A program made the position numbers and the translations under genes. From Macrostomum lignano (Eukaryota): a stretch of 64,000 bases of DNA. The stretch lies in assembly GCA_002269645.1 (NCBI GenBank), contig NIVC01000630.1, positions 1-64,000 on the forward strand, read 5' to 3'. Shown piece by piece: positions 46,187 to 57,704 of the stretch (position 1 is its first letter; the number at the start of each line of letters is the position of its first letter). The notes beneath the pieces were generated by a model that did not search any database, had not been told where the DNA came from, and saw nothing but the letters and a program-made list of their open reading frames with translations.

Positions 46187-46851
46187 TGGATAAAACAAAA
46201 CCTACTGACACGGCTCGGGAGGTCCGTCAATCCCCCAACCCTCCAACATATAGTTGATCCCACCGCAAACCCCCGCGGAAACCCACGCACCTCGTCCAGG
46301 TGCCTCTAAAAACGACGGCTTCCAGCAGGTCATCACCCGTCGCAGGTGCGATGAAAAAACCAAGGCCCTGATTGCAGAAGGCAGCAGCCAGCCGAGCGCA
46401 CCGACTCCTCGCTGGATCCCAATAGACACAAATGGGGCCAAAGCCAGCACGTACGCCAAAGTGGCAGCAGAGCCGAAATTCTGCGTGCGTGCTGACCACC
46501 GCCCAGCTGGAAGCAGCGATCAAAAGGATCGATGACTTCCTCTGGGACAATGACGCCCTCGACATCAAGGTCGAGACGGTGCGCAACGCAAACGGAAACA
46601 TCATCCTCCCCTACAAAGACGTGGCTCAGATCGACCTCGCACTGCTTAAACTCGCGTCCATCACGTGGGACACCTGCGCGACTGCACTCCCATCCATGGT
46701 CGTGCATGGAGCATGCCCGACCGCCGCTGCCATGCAGGCGCTACCGAGCCTTTTAATCCACTCAGCAAGAACCCTGACCTACCTCAGGGCGGAATCCGGG
46801 CCTTCAAAGAGGTTCCGGAAAAGGACGCCTCCAGAAAAACCCTGTACATAG
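46187..46851 (+). mobile_element. Degenerate gag-like/ORF1 fragment of a non-LTR retrotransposon
   Basis: Frameshifted peptides MDKTKPT…, [22 protein letters not shown] and [32 protein letters not shown]. These resemble the N-terminal organisation of LINE ORF1 proteins. No zinc knuckle or ORF2 is present. Confidence 0.4.
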
Positions 46852-46924
46852 GTTTCTCATAGGAGTGGGAGGACGCTCTAAAGAAGAATGATTTTACCCC
46901 TACATAGGTGCGTCTTCGACTTGC

Positions 46925-47115
46925 TGCCCATCTGCTGCGGAGTCTCTGGATAGGCTGTTCTTCGTCCTCGTGCTGTTCTTCTTCAAATGTGTTGATTGCC
47001 TACCTGTTCGAGCGTCTGGCAGTGGTGTCGCCCAATATCGACTTTACCTGATACGCAGCCCGGCAGCTGCAGGTGCTGGCGATCTACGGCAAGGTGTTCA
47101 ACGGACTGGCTGAAC
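46925..47115 (+). pseudogene. Fragment of a paralogue of the 43.1-kb TRPV-like gene (S6-TRP box)
   Basis: SAAESLDR…VLFFF(fs)VLIAYLFERLAVVSPN…RQLQVLAIYGKVFNGL versus SAESLGR…SLFFFNVLIAFLSDRLAFVSPN…RQLQMLAIWGALLNGL; contains indels. Confidence 0.8.
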
Positions 47116-47490
47116 AAATTACTACGCTTGTATTTAAGTTCCGTTCAATCGCGACGTTATAGTGGCTAGTGCCTACATGTAGTCGAAAAAAGAGCAAGAC
47201 TTGTTTTAGAACACTAGCGTGCAGCTCTAGCATATCAGTAGTAGTATGTTAGGCTATTTCACTGCCTCAATGATGACGCTGTTTGCTAGACTTCAAGAGG
47301 TAGATGAAGGATTTAGAATTAGACTTCTACTCAATCCTTCTCTTCGTCACCATAATATTTGACTAGTTCAACCGAAATAAATGAGTTCTTATACTTTCTT
47401 TAGGTATCTTCGAACGGTACCAAGTTCTACATCCGAGACAGACAGACAACGACCGCCATTCAACTGCAAACTACTGTTCAGCGGTTGAAG

Positions 47491-47640
47491 GGGATTGTAG
47501 CCTAGTGGTTAGAGCGTCAGACTTATGACTGAAAGGTCCGGGGGTTCGATTCTTGACCCAATCGGAACAATTTATGTTCTTGAGCAAGACACTTAACTCT
47601 TGCTTCAGTTCACCCAGCTGAAAAATGGGTGCCAGCATTA
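47491..47640 (+). mobile_element. tRNA-derived CORE-like SINE (family 1), copy 2
   Basis: gtagcctagtggttagagcgtcagact…ggttcgattc…gcaagacacttaactcttgcttcagttcacccagctgaaaaatgggtgccagcatta matches 27833-27985. Confidence 0.85.
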
Positions 47641-48160
47641 TCTGGGACGCGGACGAGCTTGCTTTGCTGTCTTTAACAGTCGAAGGCGCCCAACGGCTGC
47701 TGGATGGCTTGACGAAAGCGGCAGCGAGGGTCGGCCTCACGCGGAACGCGCAGAAGACTGAAATATTCACTATGCCACTGGACCTACGTGCTGAGATCAC
47801 GAATCGAGATGCTGCCAGGGATGAGACCCAACTTCTACGCTGCCGGCATTTCGTATACCTCGGCGGACTCGTGCCGGACATCGCCAGAGACATAAAAAGG
47901 AGACGCGGGCCGGTCAGGGCCGCCTTACGCTCGGTGCACTCGGTGCAGCAATCGGAAGCTCTGGATGGCGGGACCAGGGCTCAGCTGTTTCGGGCAGTCG
48001 TCGAGACTGCTCTCCTCAACAACGCTGAGACCTGGACCTTGACGGATGCCCTGAAGAAGTAGCTGGACGCCGCGCACTCTGCGATGCTGTGCTCTACGCT
48101 GGGTCCGCCTTACGCGGCCTTCTGACCTGATGCGCGAGAGGCAACTCAGACTCGCTGGCC
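47641..48160 (+). mobile_element. RTE-like LINE reverse transcriptase fragment
   Basis: DADELALLS (degenerate YADD), VGLTRNAQKT, FVYLGG and ETALLNNAETWTLT; an in-frame stop follows. Confidence 0.85.
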
Positions 48161-48966
48161 GTTACACCACCTGCCGTTGTGTAATCAATTTTTATTATTA
48201 ATAAGGTCGGTCCTATATACATTATGGTCAGCCCACACTAAGAAAAATTAATATCCGCAATTTTCCTTGTATCTTGGTATACATGTCATTAAATGTTATT
48301 AATAATTATGCCCTATAGCACTCGGATGCAGCTAAAAATTACAAGGGGAAACTTTTTTGTTATAAAGTTTAACAAATGACGACATTGACTTGAATCAGAC
48401 AATTTAGTTTGAAATTTTTCGATCCCTATACTGCGAAGTTCGTGAAACGGCCAGCTCAGATCTTTTCTCCCTTTATATCACTTTCAAGTAGCGCATAGCT
48501 TGTACGAGGTACTGCACTGGTTGTTGTCTGACGGAAATTTCTGATTATTCATCTGAGTTTTTGTCCTCAGTAGCTTCGAACTCATCTTAGGGACCCTATA
48601 GAGTGCAGAGTGCACTGAGAACCGGATGAACTGTCAACTACCCAGTCAGTTTCCAAGCATGTCAAGGAAATTCTGTTTCTCTCTCTTGAGCTTCTTTCGT
48701 GATCCTAATTAGACAAATCCAAGCTCTTTTCTCCCCATCAAGCGCGTCCTTCACTCGTTACCTATTGAAAGGCATACAGAGAACCAATTACGAAGCAACT
48801 GCTTGTTGACTTGATTTGTTCATTCGAGACTTGCTCGACAGACCAGATGACAGCCTATAGAAGTTGTCAGGTTGGTTGCTAAGGTCTCCTCTCTGTTGCT
48901 TATTTATATTAATTGGAAAGCAACAACGATGCTCGACCCAGTTAATCGCCAGATTAAAGCCTAGAC

Positions 48967-51900
48967 ATGTACGGCATACTGCTGGAAGGAATTCAGAACT
49001 TCGTTGTTAGCAACTACGGCGAGGACTATTGGCAGGAGATTAGGGAGGCCGCGGAGTGCCGCTATCACGCCTTCGAGACTAGGAAGGCCTACAGCGAGAC
49101 CATCATATTGAACTTGTTCAACGCACTAGCGAATAAAACAGACCTGCCGGCTGATCAACTACTGTTCGACAATGGCTCATTCTTTGTCGGCTTTCTAGCC
49201 AAATACGGCTACGATAAGATGCTGCGCGTGATGGGCCGGCACCTGCGCGACTTCTGCCACGGCATCGACAATGTGCACGAGTACCTGCGCTTCAGTTATC
49301 CCAAGATTCGGCCGCCGACTTTTATAGTAGCCAAGGAGAATGCTCTGGGCATTGTGCTGCTCTATAAGACTAAGCGACCGGGGTTTCATCACTACGCTAG
49401 GGGTATCTTGCAGACGGTTGCAAAAGTGCTTTACCAGGTAAAGGAGGATCGTACACTCACTGAAACTGTTGATCAAGATTTTCTTAAAATTAAATAGTAA
49501 GAGTGTACATACCTGATGATTAGAAAGTCAGGGACATTGTACACCTCGTGGACGGGCAGAATTTCCTCTGCGCTGGCTGTGGACGAACGTTCATTCTTTT
49601 ATAAAGTTTTGGTTAGACAAATAAAAAAGTCAATACTTCTGTATAATTGCTTCGATTCCTTCCAATTCCACCCGAAAAGGTTGACGCCCAGGTCAGCGTA
49701 GTCAGCGAGAGCAGAGCGGGCATCTACACCCAGTACTGCTACCGTCTCCTGTTCGACAACCGAGTCTACAACCAGCGCGTCTATCAGATTTGCAATCCGG
49801 AGAGTTTCCGAGTGGAGAAGCGAGAGTTCCTGGAAAATTTCCCGTTCTGCTTCCTGCTCAGTCCGGACATGACAGTCAGCGACATTGGCAAGGGGTTCCA
49901 GTGCCTGCTGCCCAGTATGGAGGGCAGCAACTTTGAGGATAATCTCTTCATTACCAGGCCTTTTATCGAGTGCACCTGGGAAGAGGTTGGTTACCGAGAA
50001 TTTGATGCCGCTAAATACTGGCGTTAGGGTTTATGAATAATAATAATCAGGGACTGTGGGGCATCCTGGCGAAACGCCTTCGGCGACATCATCCCACAAC
50101 CAGCGGTGAGGCAATTCTGACTCTTGAGCACAATACAAGTGGGCCAATACTGTAGGCAGGCACAGCCACTCATACACACGCTCACACAGGGTGCACATCG
50201 GCCTTTTGACTTTCGAATCGTCAGGAATGTACATTCTCTGTGCCCTGGGGGTTGGCCCTCATGGGTGTGAATCGCACAACAGAGGCATGCACACTCTCTG
50301 TGCCCTGGGGGTTGGCCCTCATGGGTGTGAATCGCACAACAGAGGCATGCACACTCTCTGTGCCCTGGGGGTTGGCCCTCAATGGCTGTGAATCGCACAA
50401 CAGAGGCATGCACACTCTCTGTGCCCTGGGGGTTGGCCCTCAATGGCTGTGAATCGCACAACAGAGGCATGCACACTCTCTGTGCCCTGGGGGTTGGCCC
50501 TCAATGGCTGTGAATCGCACAACAGAGGCATGCACACTCTCTGTGCCCTAGGGGTTGGCCTTCATGGGTGTGAATCGCACAACAGAGGCCAGTTTTTGTG
50601 CGCAAATGAATGTACTTGCCAACGGAATCGAACCAGGGGTCTACTTCTAACCCTCATAGATCTGCCAGCACAGGCACAACGTATTTGAGATCGCTTTGCT
50701 GACAAAACCGGACGAAGGTGCCAGCGGAAAAGATCGAACTGTTCGATTAAGCGTGCGCAAGAAGAGCAGCACCTCGGACCCGGGGGTGATCCGCTTCAAG
50801 GGTCAGATGATCCACGTGGCCTCCTGGAATAAGATCATCTATATTGCCACGCCGATGTGAGTGAGCAATGAAGGGGATTTTTTAAATTATCTTCTGCACT
50901 TTACCCTAACGTACTGTACGTACATGTACTTTCTACGTTACCGTCGAAAGGATCCGTGACAGCAACCAACTAAGAGAGAAGGGTCTGTTTCTGAACGATC
51001 TGAGTCTGCACGACTCGAGCCGCGAGATGGTCATGGCGGGCAATCAGCAATCCGAGGAGCTGATGGAACTGCTGCAGTCGGTGAGGATCAAATGAGGGGC
51101 TCAGCTACACTGAGTGACTGGCTCAACTACACTGAGTGAGTGGCTCAGCTACACTGAGTGACTGGCTCAGCTACACTGAGTGATTGGCTCAGCTACACTG
51201 AGTGAGTGGCTCAGCTACACTGAGTGATTGGCTCAGCTACACTGAGTGATTGGCTCAGCTACACTGAGTGACTGACTAGCTCAGCTACACTGAGTGAGGG
51301 GCTCAGCCACACTGAGTGAGTGGCTCAGCTACACTGAGTGAGTGGCTCAGCTACACTAAGTGATTGGCTCAGCTACACTGAGTGACTGACTAGCTCAGCT
51401 ACACTGAGTGAGTGGCTCAGCTACACTGAGTGAGTGGCTCAGCTACACTGAGTGAGTGGCTCAGCTACACTGAGTGAGTGGCTCAGCTACACTGAGTGAG
51501 TGGCTCAGCTACACTGAGTGAGTGGCTCAGCTACACTGAGTGAGTGGCTCAGCTACACTGAGTGAGTGGCTCAGCTACACTGAGTGAGTGACTCTGAGTG
51601 AGTTAGTGACTCAGCTACCCCCTAAGACCCTTCTCGAACACAAATTATTCAGCAACAGGAGCGCAGCAGAGAGATGGAGATCGGCATGCGAAGGCTGGAC
51701 GAGGAGAAGAAGAAAGCCAACGAACTGCTGTACCAGTGCATGCCAAGGTCAATTGCTAGAGCACTTCGTAGAGGTGTTAATCCGTTAGACACGCTCAAGG
51801 TAATCTGGTGCATTTAATCTTTCTTGTTTCCATTTAATGTTTTCGAAATGTGACCTACATGTAAAATTTCGGCTCAAAATCACAAAACTATTCAGACCTT

Positions 51901-54900
51901 CGACCAGGTGAGCATACTGTTCAGCAAAATAGTCGACTTCAACAGCATCTGCATGGAGATTGACGTTCGAGCCATTGTACAGCTGCTCAATCTGATGTAC
52001 TCGCGATTCGATCAGATTCTCGACAAGCATCACGTGTACAAGGTTTGTGGTTCGAATCTAAAGCACTTTGAATTTAGGTGTATCCTACAACTCTCGCCGA
52101 CCCTTGCAAACTAACTGCGAGAGATTAAATTTAGTGAAAAGTAGAGGAATAAAGATCTTTTTTAAAGCCCAGAAGAAACGTTTGTGCACACTTCGAAGTG
52201 GTGGGAGAGGATGACTAGTGACGAAGGCAAACAAGCTTTCCCAGGTTATTTCTTTCTGCTTTCCCAGGTGGAAACCATCAGCGACAGCTACCTAATCGTC
52301 TCCGGAGCGCCAAATAAAACGCCGCTACACGCGGCGCACATTGCCGAGATGGCCTTCGACATGGTCGCCGAGGCTCACAGCATCGCCAATCCGGCAGACA
52401 GGGACGGCAGCGGCCGCCTGCAGCTGCAGATCGGCTGCCACTCGGGCGGCATCGCGGCCGGCGTCGTTGGCCTGCGCATGCCGCGTTACTGCCTGTTCGG
52501 CGACACCGTCAACGTGTCCTCCAGAATGATGAGCCACGGAGCTCCGGGACGGATTCACGTCAGCGAGAATTTTCATCGGCACCTTCGCGACCTGCCGTAT
52601 CGCCTGTCAGAGCGAGGCCGATTAGAAATCAAAGGCAAAGGCGGCATGACGACGTACTTTTTGGACGCTAGAGAGCGTCAGGGTCACGTAGAGCTCAGAC
52701 GACGCCTAAACGAGGACCGAGACAGGCAGCACGAGGTTGGCGCGGATTCGGGCACTCCTGAGTCGCGGCCTTCAACGGTTTTGTCTGTGCGAGTGACCAC
52801 TCCGTCTTTGGACGGTGCCGACGACGAGGATGAAGCAATGAAGCTGGAGACAGGCGAGTTGGACGACTGCGTCAATAATTTGCCGCTTCCGTCCCTACCG
52901 GCCACTCCGATGCCCCAAGAAGACGCCGATCACAGGATGTCGCGCAAAAACTCGAAGTCCCCAGGCACACCAACTGCAACCAACTCGACCGTCCCTGCTC
53001 AGGAGGCCGTCTTAGGCGATATCGGTGTAGACAGGTTAGAAAAAGTTCCGGATGCTCAGCAGAAAATTAAAGAAACTTCTACAAGTATAGAGCAGAAGTC
53101 TGGAGCAGCACTACAAGATCAGAGTAAAGTCTCGCCCCAACTAATGGAGAGCGAAGTGACAGAGGACCTTGATGCAACTCGCGAGCAAACGCGCGAAAAC
53201 CAGTCCAAGCAGGAGCTGCGACTTGCAGCTCGATCACCGACACCAAACGCCATACAGAAGGTCGAGAACTTCATCATGTCTCATCCCTTGGGATGTGACG
53301 CGGCTGCGGACGACGACGCAGAAATTCCGGTGGACACGGGCGCGGACGACGACAGCACGTCGCCGTCAATGGAAACCTTGACGTCGCACAATGTTGCAGC
53401 TGACACGCAAGACGATGACAGTATCTATGACGACGAGTCGGAGTCAGAACTGCCGAGTGACAGCGCAGCGAGCTACACGTCGGATCCGCAGCCTCATCTG
53501 GTGGACGACCTGAAGCTGCTGGTGCCGCAGCAACAGGAGAATAATTTGGCCCATGCAGTCTCCGCAGCCGAAAAATTGGTAGAGGATGATGAGCGAACTT
53601 TGGTTTCTGAAGGCTCCTCCAGCGAGTTTGAGGACGATTTTGACGAAGGCGATGATAGAAAACGCGGTCGCGGCACAGGCATCGTCCTCGGCGGACCAAA
53701 CTTTGTTGGTCGTGTTTACTCAATCGACAAAAAGCAAGTGAAATTCACCGAGCAGGTCAGCTACCGAGAGATATCGCCCCTTATCCAGACTCCCGCGTCT
53801 GAAGAAGCTGCATCTGCAGATGCAGCCACGGCTGTGGGGAAATCCGAGAGTCCGCCTCTAGTTCTCAAGGCTCTGTCCGTGTTTCTACCAAAGAACAAGA
53901 GGTTAAACTTCCAAGCGAACTTCAAGGAGGTGATGAACCTGAAGAGTGCAGGTGTTAAAACCTCGCCAAGGGTATCGACTAGCGCTGGAACGACGCTGTC
54001 TCCACTGCCGTCGCAGCCGAATTCGGAGCTCAAACATCCGCCGTCGGCCGAAATGCAGAGGGATCAACATCAAACGCAGCAATCGAACGAGCGTAGGCGT
54101 CGAGTGGGTATTGTTGAGCTTGCTCAGAACCCGCTTCTGCGTGCGTTGCAGCAAAAAAAGGCCGCAGAAGAAGCCGCTAGAGAGCACGAGCTGGCTCAGG
54201 GAAAGACTAGCGCAGGAAGTAGCCGGTCGTCCAGCACGATATCAACGTTTCGTACACCGAGCTCCAGGCAGTCGCCAACCAAACAATCGCAGTCTGTTAT
54301 CGCTGCAGCAGCCGGTCCCAGCCGGCTGTTGGTGCCGCAGGCCGAGGCTCCTGGCTCGCCGCTGTTCAGCCGACGCTCCAGCGCGGCCACTACAGACGGC
54401 AGTGGCACGGCGCGTCAGACGCCACTTATCATCGTTGGCGAAGGCAGACCAACCGACGAAGACGCAAAACAGTCGGAGGTGCCCCGACTCCCAGACATCA
54501 AGCTCAACCAGAAGGTGGCAGCGCCGACAGCGGCTAAGGATCGACGAGTGGCCTCGGAGCCGGCTCGAACGGCCAAGTCGGACAAGTCGGCAGAGAGACA
54601 GCACCCCGACTCGGGTGGCACAGTGCGCCAGCCAGTGGACTTTCAGAACACGCTCAACCCTGACAATTTCCACATCCTGGAAAAGAAACTGGAGCCATTC
54701 GTGATGGAGACCCCGGATAACTCGCCCGAGTCGACTTCGTTGGCCTTTGATTTGCCGTACAACGACGCCGGTAAGGAGGGTTCGGCGATGGTTTTGAGGG
54801 TTCAGACAAACCAGTGGTTCTTTTTGTACCTACTAATTCAACTTATAACCTTAGCGGCGACAGTTCACAAAGCATTTACGGTAAGCATTGGGCAATTTTA

Positions 54901-55040
54901 GGAAACACTGAATTGTCCTGGTCGAAAAGGTGACAACATGAATGGTGTATTTCTATTTCTATGCGTTTTATTTTCTACGGTCAACGAAAGGGGCAGGCTC
55001 CCTTACACGCACAGAAGCACACAAGGACAAAAAACTCTAG
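48967..55040 (+). CDS. Atypical soluble guanylate cyclase, Gyc88E/gcy-3x-like (H-NOX, PAS/HNOBA, coiled coil, cyclase, long low-complexity C-terminus)
   Basis: Exons 48967-49437, 49680-49985, 50660-50856, 50951-51080, 51653-51799, 51896-52042, 52268-54770 and a probable last exon 54991-55040, all phase-consistent. Motifs MYGILLEGI, GIDNVHEYLRFSYP, YKTKR, FKGQM, LNDLSLHDSSRE, YKVETISDSY and MPRYCLFGDTVN. Confidence 0.94.
49500..49546 (+). mobile_element. SINE family 2 core fragment, copy C (sGC intron 1)
   Basis: gagtgtacatacctgatgattagaaagtcagggacattgtacacct matches 32167-32217. Confidence 0.7.
50035..50650 (-). mobile_element. SINE family 2, copy B, with (ATT)n tail and an internally amplified segment
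   Basis: B box at 50641-50622, core ctgacgattcgaaagtc at 50224-50208 and tail gattattattattc at ~50048-50035. Confidence 0.75.
50230..50590. repeat. 60-61-bp tandem repeat x~6 derived from the SINE family 2 body
   Basis: The unit's reverse complement aligns with 32125-32170. Confidence 0.93.
51096..51600. repeat. 22-bp intronic minisatellite (ggctcagctacactgagtgagt)n
   Basis: Fills sGC intron 4. Confidence 0.96.
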
Positions 55041-55189
55041 GATTTTTGCCATACGCTTTGGTGAATTGTGGTGGCGAGTTGATCACTCTCACACAGAGCG
55101 TACAGCGGTTTTTGACTGTCTTTTCGTTAGGCCATCGGTTAAGCCTAAGTTGTCGACTCTTGATTACCTAGAAATAAGCTTCTGCCATG

Positions 55190-55620
55190 ACTTACTTACG
55201 TACTTACTTACTACTGACGGGGATAACAGGCGTCGCGATTAGGCCGCGAGGCTCCTCTAATCGCATCCCCAAGGTAAAAGAAGCCAAGTTTTAACCTTGA
55301 GGGCGCGGCCAGTCGGCAGGTTCGCAGAGGAGGCATCGTCGACTCTCATCCGGCCGGTATCTTGGACGAAGGCGCGAAGGTCACGGATGTTGTCGAGAGT
55401 GGTCAGCTCGTCCATCCGCTGGGGATGGCCAAGGTGTTTGTGCCGCGCCTTATTTAAGTAAGGGCGGAAGGTGACGTGACCCTCTGGGTCTCCTCTTCTT
55501 TGCCACAGAAAAGACAGGTGGGATGGCAACCGGTTTGCAACGAGTCTAGAAGCCCCTCCTGATGTTGAGAGTGGGGAGGCGACTAGCCACATCGCCCGCG
55601 TCGATACGGATGTTGATAAG
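55190..55620 (-). mobile_element. 3' end of a LINE (I/R1/Tad-like ORF2 C-terminus) with a (TAAG)n tail
   Basis: …[34 protein letters not shown] resembles the LG…L..F…TGR terminus of LINE ORF2 proteins; followed by gtaagtaagtacgtaagtaagt. Confidence 0.5.
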
Positions 55621-56779
55621 GTCACGACGGACAAAATCCATATGCGGGATTCCGCCATGTCACCTCATAAAAGGAATATCTTACAGCTGATCGAAGGAAA
55701 TATACTTCGAAAATTTAGCGCAAAACAGTCAAACAGGGAATTTACCACACCGAAATCGCTTGCAGAAGAAGACTGTTCAGAGTGGAAATTCTGCGTACAA
55801 GACGCGACAACTCTGAAGAACAGCTGTCGGCGGATTAGAACGCCGCGCGGTGACTATGGCAGACAGATGAAGAGATTGGGTGAGAGTCAGGGGCGGGGAT
55901 GTTCTTGTGCTCTGTGTCTTTAGGTGGCTAGGCACAAATTTAGATGGAGAAGTACCTGCTCACAGGTAAAAACTGCTCATTTTAGAAGCATAAATAAGTC
56001 GTATGCAGATTTCTGGTGCACCTCGCCATGTACAGTGATGGCCACTAGTGATGGCCTATTTCCAAGGTGCAGAAAGACGAGAAAATCAGGACCAGCTGTA
56101 CATCCTGTGAGAATGAACGCCTGCTCAATGGTCAGCAGAATGGGCAATGGCTGCTTGTCTGTCCTCTTGATTCGCTAATAGCTTGTAGTGCTTAGTAGAT
56201 TAGCACTGGCCACGCCACTTAGTTTGCACGGATCAATCAAAGCCAATAAATTTACCGGCACTATTCACCCAAGGACCACCAGCAGTATACCAATTTTTTG
56301 GAGGCCGATTTTCCAATGTTGATCCTGACTCTTCAGAAATATGTATGGAAATAATTTTTGGTCAATACATGTACATTTAGGTGTGTCAGAATGTTTAGAA
56401 TACTTCAGCCGACTTTCACGATTGAGACATGTTTATAACAAAAAAATACAACAGAGTGCCAGTCTGCATGTAGACCTGCTTATTAAATGGAACGATGCGC
56501 ATAATTTTACACCAAAACTTGATTTTAATGCGTCAAATCAATGTTCAAGACATTAAATAATTTCTTTTGTACTATTGTATTCCCTTGCGCTGCACTAAAG
56601 ACATATAATTACAAGTGGGTAGCGTCCTGATATACTGCTAGTGGTTCTTGTATTTTCTGCACTCTAGAATGACAATAGGATATTGTTTTCATTTGGTAGG
56701 GAATTTAGTTTGTTAATTTTATACTTCATAACATTAGCGTGTTAAAATGCAAATTAAAAAAGTGCAAAGGGACACGCAT

Positions 56780-57279
56780 GTGGAAATTTACATCGAGGAA
56801 TGTACACTAAATTTAAAAAATAGATCTCCCCAGCCGTGACTCATGCAGCCAGATATAGTCGTAAAAGAGCTCGCAACCAATCGGATTCTGGCAGAGATTG
56901 TGGCAGGGAGTGAAAATGTGGAAATGTACATCGAAGAATGTACACTAGATTCTAAAAATAGCTCTCCCAAGTCGTGGCTCATGCAGCCAGATATAGTTGT
57001 AAAAGAGCTCGCAGCCAATCGGATTCTGGCTGAAATTGTGGCAGGGAGGACCGACTTTCGCCAAGCCAATTAGCGGAGACTACTGGTATATAAATTTGTC
57101 TAAATAATTAACTCGGTGACCCAAAAATTGCAGGAGCAGTTTTGAGTCAGGGTCTGGCTGAATTAGCCGAGCGTCGACCAGCAGATCCAATCGAGCATCT
57201 GGGTCTGTGGCTGCGGCACACGGCCAGGGTTCACTGCAACGGCGACGGCGGCGGCAAGATCAAAGGCAGCCAACAATAA
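56780..57279 (+). pseudogene. 3' part of a gene ending in a Dpy-30-type dimerisation motif (DYDC/AK/NME5-like); frameshifted, with a 138-bp internal duplication
   Basis: Exon 57134-57279 encodes GAVLSQGLAELAERRPADPIEHLGLWLRH. A 48-nt GT-AG intron (57086-57133) joins it to RTDFRQA-LAETT only if one base is restored at ~57068. Duplication 56780-56917/56918-57055 has a W-to-stop change in copy 1. Confidence 0.68.
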
Positions 57280-57704
57280 ATTTATGGGGAATATGTTTTC
57301 TTTTAATTTTGTCCGCGACTCCATTTAACATATTTTGTCATTTGTCTGCCTAAGATATTTAGACCTAAAACCTTTTTGGTCGTAGCTAATTCGTGGGAAT
57401 GTTTTATTTTCTTGTTTAATAAATTAATCGCTCGCATTGCTCTACTATTAGTAGTAATTTGTTTTTGTTCTTAAAGTTATTTTGGCATTATTTATTCCCG
57501 GGTAGTTAATGTTGTTTGAGCTGAATAATTACTATTTAAATTTACAAATAAAGCATTCGACCAAATTAGTTTTTGAGGCATACTAATTTTTGTGCTTCAT
57601 GTTATCAATCATTTTCAGAAAGTTGCGGCAGTTACTATTTGTGCCAGTGCGCGATTAGTAAAGAAAATTTCAACAAAAAGATAATTGGCGATCGAAACGA
57701 ACTT

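Noticed and set aside
43140-55040. TRPV + atypical sGC + ACh-gated channel as a co-regulated oxygen-sensing cluster
   Set aside because: TRPV and atypical sGC act in nematode aerotaxis circuits, but the genes here are separated by unrelated transposon debris. The sequence shows no shared regulatory or operon feature, so adjacency alone is insufficient.
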